Of a stretch of 64,000 nt of DNA, positions 57,061 to 64,000 are shown piece by piece (position 1 is the first letter of the stretch; the number at the start of each line of letters is the position of its first letter). The notes beneath the pieces were generated by a model that was not told the origin of the DNA, did no database searches, and saw only the letters and a program-made list of their open reading frames with translations. The translations under genes were made by a program, and so were the position numbers. The DNA lies in the NCBI GenBank assembly GCA_963730185.1, contig CAVSQW010000012.1, positions 1 to 64,000 on the forward strand, given 5' to 3'. Origin of the DNA: an uncultured Gemmatimonadales bacterium. Its GTDB lineage: Bacteria > Gemmatimonadota > Gemmatimonadetes > Gemmatimonadales > GWC2-71-9.

Positions 57061-57309
57061 TCACCGGAGCCGGGTCAGGCGGCGGAGCGCCTCGAGCTTT
57101 TCCAGCGCGCTGGACCCGGTCTGGCTGGCGGCCGGCGCGACGGAGAAGAGATCGCGAACGTCGAGCAGGATCTCGAGCATGAGCTGGTCGCGGACGTAGG
57201 CGCAATCGAGGTCGGCCATCCGATTGGGGTCCTCGGTGGTCCTGGCGCGGTCGTACGATTCGCGGTAGATCGACTCGAGGTTGGAAAGAATCTGATCTCT
57301 ATGGCGCAT
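57061..57309 (-). CDS. Small hypothetical helical protein
   Basis: 82-aa ORF with coding-like composition, 7 nt upstream of the amidohydrolase start. Confidence 0.7.
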   Translation of the reverse strand: MRHRDQILSNLESIYRESYDRARTTEDPNRMADLDCAYVRDQLMLEILLDVRDLFSVAPAASQTGSSALEKLEALRRLTRLR

Positions 57310-57519
57310 GGGCGTGGGCCGCGGGCGAAAGCCGGAAATGGAAGACGGGTGCGCAACCTCGAGCCGGCGACCGGTCGGGCGCGGGGGAAAGCTAAGCCCG
57401 GGCGCGATTCGCCGCCTCCCCTTGCCCCACGCCCAGTCGACGGCGCACGTTACTCGAAGGTCGGGCCGGTCGATGTCACGACCGGCCCGGCGCTTGGTTC
57501 ACCCCAGCCGAGCTATGCC

Positions 57520-58038
57520 ATGTCACTCTCCGGCAAGTCGATCCTGATATTCGCGGCCAACTGGTACGAGGACCTGGAGCTCTGGTATCCGAAGATCCGC
57601 CTGGAGGAGGAGGGCGCATCGACGGTGGTGGCCGGCCTGGGGGACGCCTCGTACCAGGGTAAGCGCGGCTACCCGCTGACGCCGGACACGTCGGTCGACC
57701 AGGTTCGGGCCGACGACTTCGACGGGCTGGTGATCCCAGGCGGCTACGCCCCGGATATCCTCCGGCGATCGGCGAAGGTGCTCGAGCTGACGCGGCAGAT
57801 CTACCAAGCGGGCAAGCCGGTGGCCTTCATCTGCCACGCCGGCTGGGTCCCGATCTCGGCCGGGATCGTCCGAGGCAAGCGCGGCACCAGCGTCGGCGCA
57901 ATCCGAGACGACCTGGTGAACGCCGGGATGATCTGGGAAGACAGTCCGGTGGTGGTCGACGGGAACTTGATTTCGTCGCGGACCCCGGCCGATCTGCCCC
58001 AGTTCTGCCGGGCCCTGATCACGGCCTTGAACGGCTGA
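57520..58038 (+). CDS. PfpI/DJ-1 family protein
   Basis: YEDLELWYP, IPGGYAPD, ICHAGW and SRTPADL. Confidence 0.92.
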   Translation: MSLSGKSILIFAANWYEDLELWYPKIRLEEEGASTVVAGLGDASYQGKRGYPLTPDTSVDQVRADDFDGLVIPGGYAPDILRRSAKVLELTRQIYQAGKPVAFICHAGWVPISAGIVRGKRGTSVGAIRDDLVNAGMIWEDSPVVVDGNLISSRTPADLPQFCRALITALNG

Positions 58039-58086
58039 CCCCCGGCCCGACCACCCTCGGGCCACCCTTACACGGAGCCAGGATCC

Positions 58087-59316
58087 ATGACCATCGCTCG
58101 GGCCGTGGGACTCGTGTTGCTGCTTCCCGGTCTCGTCACGGCCCAAGCCCGGTCGCGGGGACGAGAGCTGGGTATTCCGTTCGAGGGGCGAACCGGCCCC
58201 GACAACGCCATCACGGACGTAGCCGGCGTGGCGGTCGGGCACCGGACCCTGATCAGCGGCGAGGGCAAGCTGGTCCCGGGTCAGGGTCCGATCCGGACCG
58301 GGGTGACCGCGATCCTGACCCGGCCCCGCGGCGACTGGGACCCGGTGTTCGCGGCGACATTCAACCAGAACGGCAACGGCGACATGACCGGGACCAACTG
58401 GGTCAAGGAGTCGGGCTTCCTGGAGGGACCGATCCTGATCACCGGGACACACAGCGTCGGGACGGTCCGCGACGCGGCGATCCAGTGGGAGATCCAGGCC
58501 GGCCGCGAGTTCATCTTCACCTATCCCCTGGTCGCGGAGACCTTCGACCTGCTGAACGACGCCAACGGCCAGCACGTCAAGCCGGCGGACGCCTTCGCGG
58601 CGCTCGACGCGGCCCGGCCGGGACCGGTTCAGGAGGGTGCGGTCGGCGGCGGCACGGGGATGAGCTGCAACGGCTTCAAGGGCGGAATCGGGACCTCGTC
58701 CCGCGTCCTGGCCCCGGACCAGGGCGGATACACGCTGGGCGTACTGGTCCAGTGCAACTACGGCGGCGACCTCAGGATCCTGGGGGTTCCGGTGGGCCGC
58801 GAGATCACCGACCTCGGGCTCTGCACCGTTCTACCCCAACCGCTGGCCCGACCCTGGTCCCGCCGGATCCCGGCGTGCGCCAGCCCGGGCGGGGGCGCCG
58901 GCGAGGACGCCGGCTCGTCGATCGACGAGGGCCCGACCGGGCGCGGATCGATCATCGTGATCGTGGCGACCGACGCGCCCCTGCTCCCCCATCAGCTGGC
59001 GCGGATCGCGCGGCGGGTCGGGATGGGTCTCGGACGGCTGGGCAGCTGGGCCGGCAATTCGTCGGGCGACCTCTTCCTGGCGTTCTCGACCGCCAATCGA
59101 GGCGTGCCCGGCCCGAACGGCACGGCGCCGCTCACCATGCTGGCCAACGACCGGATGGATCCGCTCTTCCGGGCCACGATCGACGCGACCGAGGAAGCGG
59201 TGGTCAACGCCATGTTGGCGGCCACGACGATGATCGGCGCGGACGGGATCCGGGCCTCCGCGCTGCCGGGCGACCGGGTGATGGCGGCCCTCCGGAAATA
59301 CGGCCGGGTTCACTGA
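58087..59316 (+). CDS. dmpA: DmpA-like aminopeptidase (peptidase S58/P1)
   Basis: NAITDVAGVAVGH, RTGVT, VGGGTGM, KGGIGTSSR and autocleavage G|SIIVIVATDAPL. Confidence 0.88.
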   Translation: MTIARAVGLVLLLPGLVTAQARSRGRELGIPFEGRTGPDNAITDVAGVAVGHRTLISGEGKLVPGQGPIRTGVTAILTRPRGDWDPVFAATFNQNGNGDMTGTNWVKESGFLEGPILITGTHSVGTVRDAAIQWEIQAGREFIFTYPLVAETFDLLNDANGQHVKPADAFAALDAARPGPVQEGAVGGGTGMSCNGFKGGIGTSSRVLAPDQGGYTLGVLVQCNYGGDLRILGVPVGREITDLGLCTVLPQPLARPWSRRIPACASPGGGAGEDAGSSIDEGPTGRGSIIVIVATDAPLLPHQLARIARRVGMGLGRLGSWAGNSSGDLFLAFSTANRGVPGPNGTAPLTMLANDRMDPLFRATIDATEEAVVNAMLAATTMIGADGIRASALPGDRVMAALRKYGRVH

Positions 59317-59326
59317 GAGAGGCCCC

Positions 59327-59656
59327 ATGTCGCTCACGGAATGCCAGGGCCGGGTCGACGCCTGGATCTCGCGGTTCGAGGAAGGCTATTTCCACCCTCT
59401 CACCAACCTGGCCCGCCTCACCGAGGAGGTGGGCGAGCTGGCCCGGGAGGTGAACCACCGCTTCGGCCAGAAGACCAAGAAGAAGGAGGAGCCCGAAGGC
59501 GACCTCGCCATGGAGATGGCCGACATCCTCTTCGTCCTGATCTGCATGGCCAACCGCGAGGGCATCGACCTGCAGGAGGCGTTTGACCGAATGATGGAGA
59601 AGGTCGACCGGCGCGACACCAGCCGCTGGACCCTCAAGCCGGGCGAGACTGCTTGA
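59327..59656 (+). CDS. MazG-like nucleotide pyrophosphohydrolase (YpjD-like)
   Basis: YFHPLTNLARLTEEVGELAR and EMADILF. Confidence 0.9.
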   Translation: MSLTECQGRVDAWISRFEEGYFHPLTNLARLTEEVGELAREVNHRFGQKTKKKEEPEGDLAMEMADILFVLICMANREGIDLQEAFDRMMEKVDRRDTSRWTLKPGETA

Positions 59657-59719
59657 CGATCGAGCCGCGACCCGCCGGCCGGATTCGCGTCGCTGCTCGA
59701 GCGGTCCGCGCCCCGACGC

Positions 59720-62389
59720 TCACTCGGCGTTTCGGAGGGCGCGAATCGGATCGGTCCGGGTGGCCCGAAGCGCCGGGCCGAGCCCGGCCAGCGCCGCCGC
59801 GACCATCAGCCCGGCAGCGACCCCGAGCCACACCAGCGGATCGCCGGGCGGGACCCCGTAGAGGAGGCTCCGCATGAGGCGGCTGGCGAGGAGCGCCGCG
59901 GCACCGCCGGCGCCGATGCCGAGGAGCACCGGCGCCAGACCCGGCCGGAGCGCCGCGCGGAGAATCGCGCTCCGCGACGCCCCCAGCGCGATCCGGACGC
60001 CGAACTCGCCGGTCCGACGGACCACGATGAAGCCCAATACGGCAAAGAGGCCGAACCCGGCCAGCACCAGCGCGGCCAGCGCGAAGGTCGAGATGACCAG
60101 GGCCCGGAGCCGGGGCGTCGCTAATTCGGTCGATAGCACGTCGGTCAGGCGGGCGCCCTGGAACGGGATGCCCGGATCAAGCCGGGTCAAGATGGCCTGC
60201 AGCCGATCGAGTGTTGCCGCGGGCGGGCCAGCCGCGTGGACCACCAGACTCAGCGGACGGAGGCCCGGCGGTTGCTGGCGGTAGTCATAGTAGACCGTGG
60301 GCGTCGCCGCGTCGGTCAGCGCCGCGTCCTGGACGTCGGCGACGACCCCGACGATCGAGGCCCACCGCTCCGTGCCAGTCCGCATGCCGGGCATTCGGAT
60401 CACCCGACCGATCGCGGTACCGCCATCGAGCTCTTCACGCCCGAAGGCCTGGTTCACGATCACGGTCAGCGGCGAGGCCGATCCGTCTTCCGGGGCAAAG
60501 CTCCGCCCCGTCAGCACCGGGACCTCCAGCGCCCCGAAGAATCCCGGACCGACCAGCCGGTATTCGGCGACGCGGCCCGGCCCGGCGTCCCCCTGAATCT
60601 CCAGGCTGCCGTTCGCGCCGAAATCGCGGAGGGGCACCGTCTCGGTGAATCCGGCCGCGATCACGCCGGGGAGCCGGACCGCCTCGTCGCGGAGCCGCTC
60701 GTAGAACGCCGCGGTCCGCTCCGGCTGCTCGTATCCGGCGCCGCCCGGCAGCTGAACGGTCACGACCGCACGATCGTCGAGCTGGAATCCGGGGTCGACG
60801 TCGAGCAGTCGGGACAGGCTCTTGCCCAGGAGACCGGCCCCGAACAGGAGCACGAACGTCGTCGCCACCTCGGCGCCCACCAGCCAACGCATCATCCGGT
60901 CGGGCGCGGTCGCCCGGCCGCCGACGCGAAGGCCGACTCCGGCGGCCCCCCGCTCCACCGAGCGACCGACCCAGACGGCCGGTAACAACCCCGCAGCCAA
61001 CCCGACCAGGAGCGTGGTCGCGATCAGGAAGACGAGCAGGCGGAGATCCAGCGGCAGCGAGGTGACCGACGGGAGCTCCCGGCTGATTTCCTTCAGGAGC
61101 GAGCCGCGGGTCGACCACCAAAGGAGGCCCCCGGCTGCGGCGCCGAGCCCGGTAAGGAGGACGCTCTCGACCACGAACCGCCGGACCAGGTCGCCGCGAC
61201 GGGCGCCCAAGGCGACGGTAAGAGCCACCTCCGGCTGCCGGCGGGCCGTCCGGGCCAGGAGCAGCGAGGTCAGGTTGAGCGCGGCGACGAGCAGGAGAAG
61301 GGTGACCGTCGCTTGGACGAGCCAGAGGAGCTCGCGCGAGGACCCGACCAGTCGGGCCTGGAGCGACGTGACGATCGCGCCCTTGGCAGCGAACGGCGTA
61401 GCGCCGGGATCCGCGGCGATCTCGTCCGCGACCAGCTGCCGAGTGACCAGCGAGAGCGCCCCGGACGCGGCCGCGGCGCTCACGCCGGAGCGAAGTCGCC
61501 CGACCACCCCCCAATTGTGCGCCGTCCGATTGTCGTTGTCGTCGAGCGGCTCGGCCGGGATCCAAAGCTCGGTCCGGAGCGGAAAATCAAGCCGAGCGGG
61601 CATCACGCCGACGACCGGGAGAGTCTTCCCGCCGATCCGAAGCACGCGGCCCACGACGTCCGGATCCGCGCCCAGCCGGCTCCGCCAAAATCGCTCCGAG
61701 ACCACCGCGGCCGGCGCGCCACCGAGCCGGGCCTCCTCCGGCGAGAACCACCGCCCCATGAGAGGTCGAACGCCCATCACCGTCTCGAAGCTCCGCGACA
61801 CCGCGGCCAGCTCGACGAACTCCGACCCCTCGTCCCGCCCCCACACCGATCGGTCGGTCCCCAACCCGGCGAGGGCCGTGAAGTCGTGGGCCAGACGTTG
61901 CCAGTCACGGAGGTTCCGGCCGGCGGCCTTCATCGGCCGACCCGACTGGTTCATCTCCGCCACCCAGACGAGGCGGTCAGGATCGGGATACGGCAGCGGG
62001 CGAAGGAGCGCCGTCTCGAACACGCTGAACGCGATCGCGTTCACGCCGATGGCAAGGCCGATCAGCAGAATCGCCGATACCGCGAACCAAGGCTCCCGGC
62101 GAAAGCCTCGAATGGCAAGCTTGGCATCGCCGGCCCAGCGATGGGCTCGATCGCGCCACCGGAGCCGCCGCTCCTGACTGAAATCGATGCTGGCCAACTG
62201 GCGGAGAACACGCCGCTCGTCACCGAAGGCCTGGGCGGCGCGCCGGGCCGCGTCCTCGGGCGAGAACCCAGCGCGGATCAGCTCCTCCGTGGCGAGGGCC
62301 AAGTGGAGCGCCACCTCGTCCTGGGCGTCGGCCTCGGCGGTGGACCGGCCGGTGGCGAGGCGGAAGAGGCGACGGAGCCGACGGGGCAT
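59720..62389 (-). CDS. ADOP family duplicated ABC permease (MacB-like)
   Basis: DEVALHL prefix, LAIGVN, LLRPLPYPDPDRLV, RRTGEFGVRIALGA and RATRTDP; SD GGAG. Confidence 0.9.
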   Translation of the reverse strand: MPRRLRRLFRLATGRSTAEADAQDEVALHLALATEELIRAGFSPEDAARRAAQAFGDERRVLRQLASIDFSQERRLRWRDRAHRWAGDAKLAIRGFRREPWFAVSAILLIGLAIGVNAIAFSVFETALLRPLPYPDPDRLVWVAEMNQSGRPMKAAGRNLRDWQRLAHDFTALAGLGTDRSVWGRDEGSEFVELAAVSRSFETVMGVRPLMGRWFSPEEARLGGAPAAVVSERFWRSRLGADPDVVGRVLRIGGKTLPVVGVMPARLDFPLRTELWIPAEPLDDNDNRTAHNWGVVGRLRSGVSAAAASGALSLVTRQLVADEIAADPGATPFAAKGAIVTSLQARLVGSSRELLWLVQATVTLLLLVAALNLTSLLLARTARRQPEVALTVALGARRGDLVRRFVVESVLLTGLGAAAGGLLWWSTRGSLLKEISRELPSVTSLPLDLRLLVFLIATTLLVGLAAGLLPAVWVGRSVERGAAGVGLRVGGRATAPDRMMRWLVGAEVATTFVLLFGAGLLGKSLSRLLDVDPGFQLDDRAVVTVQLPGGAGYEQPERTAAFYERLRDEAVRLPGVIAAGFTETVPLRDFGANGSLEIQGDAGPGRVAEYRLVGPGFFGALEVPVLTGRSFAPEDGSASPLTVIVNQAFGREELDGGTAIGRVIRMPGMRTGTERWASIVGVVADVQDAALTDAATPTVYYDYRQQPPGLRPLSLVVHAAGPPAATLDRLQAILTRLDPGIPFQGARLTDVLSTELATPRLRALVISTFALAALVLAGFGLFAVLGFIVVRRTGEFGVRIALGASRSAILRAALRPGLAPVLLGIGAGGAAALLASRLMRSLLYGVPPGDPLVWLGVAAGLMVAAALAGLGPALRATRTDPIRALRNAE

Positions 62390-62397
62390 GGGCACTC

Positions 62398-62449
62398 CAC
62401 CTAAGAGATTTAGGTGAAGCTAGGCCCGGTCACCTAAGCCGTCAAGGTG
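62398..62449. promoter_or_regulatory. Tandem palindromic operators (putative PadR sites)
   Basis: CACCTAA-GAGAT-TTAGGTG (62398-62416) and CACCTAA-GCCGT-CAAGGTG (62431-62449). Confidence 0.65.
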
Positions 62450-62453
62450 AGGC

Positions 62454-63893
62454 TCACCGGATCGGGCCCCGCACCCCGCGTCCGGGGAGAACGCCGTCGA
62501 CCACCGCGCCGTCCTTGACCACCGGCGTCCCGTTCACGAGCACGAACCGGAAGCCGTCCGAGGGTCGGGCGGGCTCCTGATACGTGGATCGGTCGGTGAC
62601 GGTCGCGGGGTCGAAGACCGCGAGATCAGCGTCGGCCCCGACCTGGATCCGGCCCTTGTTGAGGAACGCCGGCGCGATCTTCTCGAGGCGCTGGGCGGGC
62701 ATCAGGCTCATCTTCCGGATCGCGTCCATCAGGGACAGGTCGTGGGTCTCTCGGACATAGTGCCCCAGCACGCGGGCGTAGGTGCCGGCGGTGCGGGGAT
62801 GGCCTTTCCCTCCGTGGACGCCGCCGTCGCTGGCGATCGCAGTAAGCGGACTGGTCACGGCCATCGCCTCCATCTCCGGGGTGTTGAGGTGGAGGATGAC
62901 GGGTCCGTTGACCTTCCGGTACTTCTCGAAGGTCGCCTTGGTCAGGCGCTCGCCGGTGGCGACCCACTGGAGCTTGTGGTAGACGCTATCGGGCTGGTTC
63001 TCGAATTGATCGAGCAGGGCGGAGCCGATCTCGGTCATGCCGGCGCTGTAGGGATAGGCCTCGGTGGTGACGTCCTGGCCGCGGGCCCGGGCGCCAGCCA
63101 CCATCGACAGGGTTTGCGGCGTCGCGCCCAGGCTCATGCTGTTGAGATGGACGATGTGGAGCGGATTGCCGGCGATGGCGGCGGCGCCGATCACCTCCTC
63201 GAACGCCTGCACGCTGCCCGGATCCTGCTCGCCCCATGACCGAACATGCACGAAGACCGGCGCGTCGAACTCGGCGGCGACCCGGAACATCTGGATCACC
63301 TCCCAGCGGCTGGCGCCGGGGGTGTACTGGAGCCCGAACCCGACGCCGAGGGCGCCGCGCCGCAGCCCAGCCCGGATCATCTCCTGGAGGGCGGCGATGT
63401 CTTTCGCGGTCGCGACGGCGTGGGCCCCGGGACCGGTCGGAAGCAGCCCGGTGGCGGGGTCGTGGAAGTACCGCATCCGGGCCCGGATGTGTCCCTGGCT
63501 CGCCCCGTAGTTGACCAGGGCCTTCCCGTCCCGCTCGGCGTAGAACCCGTCGACGTCACCGGTGCCGACCTCGAGCTCGAGGGCGGTGGTGACGCCGTCC
63601 TTGGCGTAGAGGCGGTAGTTCTCGTCATCCTGGCCGTGGGAGTGGAGATCGATGAAGCCGGGTGCCACCACGAGACCACGAGCATCGAGCACGGTCCGTC
63701 CGTTGAGCGGCCGTGACTCGATCGCCGCGATCCGTCCGTTTCGGATGCCGACGTTCCGGACCGCGTCGAGCCCGCTGGCGGGATCGATCACCCGTCCGCC
63801 CGCAACGACGACGTCAAACGGGGCCTGGTCCTGAGCGGCGAGGGGCAGCGGCAGCGCCAGGAGCAAGGACAGCAGAAGCGGGGCGCGGGACAT
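62454..63893 (-). CDS. N-acyl-D-amino-acid deacylase-like amidohydrolase, exported
   Basis: APGFIDLHSH, VHVRS, EAYPY, IASDG, HPRTAGTY and ADLAVFDP. Confidence 0.88.
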   Translation of the reverse strand: MSRAPLLLSLLLALPLPLAAQDQAPFDVVVAGGRVIDPASGLDAVRNVGIRNGRIAAIESRPLNGRTVLDARGLVVAPGFIDLHSHGQDDENYRLYAKDGVTTALELEVGTGDVDGFYAERDGKALVNYGASQGHIRARMRYFHDPATGLLPTGPGAHAVATAKDIAALQEMIRAGLRRGALGVGFGLQYTPGASRWEVIQMFRVAAEFDAPVFVHVRSWGEQDPGSVQAFEEVIGAAAIAGNPLHIVHLNSMSLGATPQTLSMVAGARARGQDVTTEAYPYSAGMTEIGSALLDQFENQPDSVYHKLQWVATGERLTKATFEKYRKVNGPVILHLNTPEMEAMAVTSPLTAIASDGGVHGGKGHPRTAGTYARVLGHYVRETHDLSLMDAIRKMSLMPAQRLEKIAPAFLNKGRIQVGADADLAVFDPATVTDRSTYQEPARPSDGFRFVLVNGTPVVKDGAVVDGVLPGRGVRGPIR

Positions 63894-63922
63894 GGAACGA
63901 CCTCAGCGATGGGGGGTGGGGC

Positions 63923-64000
63923 TCACTCCCAGTGACGGGGCGCGCCTTTGAGCTCGTCGAGGAGCTTGAGGTAGGTCTCGTATCGATCGGGCGCGATCTG
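63923..64000 (-). CDS. rsgA: 3' end of a gene, probably ribosome small subunit-dependent GTPase A
   Basis: Only 25 aa visible: QIAPDRYETYLKLLDELKGAPRHWE*, resembling the RsgA C-terminal I..xRY.sYl.ll.El helix. Confidence 0.5.
   Translation of the reverse strand, partial: QIAPDRYETYLKLLDELKGAPRHWE

Overview
High-GC (~70%) bacterial chromosome segment. The gene repertoire (ADOP permeases with PadR, two Hanks-type kinases, secreted peptidases and amidohydrolases, fused 2-oxoacid E1) suggests Gemmatimonadota; this is inference. It holds about 55 genes, mostly housekeeping or catabolic. I saw no rRNA, tRNA, CRISPR array, IS or prophage. Highlights: (1) a sigma54-driven, non-canonical chaperone-usher-like pilus locus (two DUF4402-like pilins, chaperone, usher, and a divergent secreted protein with only a donor-strand-like segment); (2) two selenoprotein genes missed or truncated by the ORF track (ArsC-family UxxC, Rdx/SelW-family CxxU), each with an in-frame UGA and a SECIS-like hairpin; (3) three copies of a 60-bp element built as 3x7+4+5x7 nt degenerate heptamers; (4) an XoxF-like PQQ protein with a rewritten active site; (5) a mycobacterial Sdh1-like (type F) succinate dehydrogenase operon with an extra gene; (6) a shared putative PadR operator at two ADOP loci; (7) a frameshifted SF2 helicase with motif Ia before motif I. 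All family calls come from motif recognition by eye; no database search was run.
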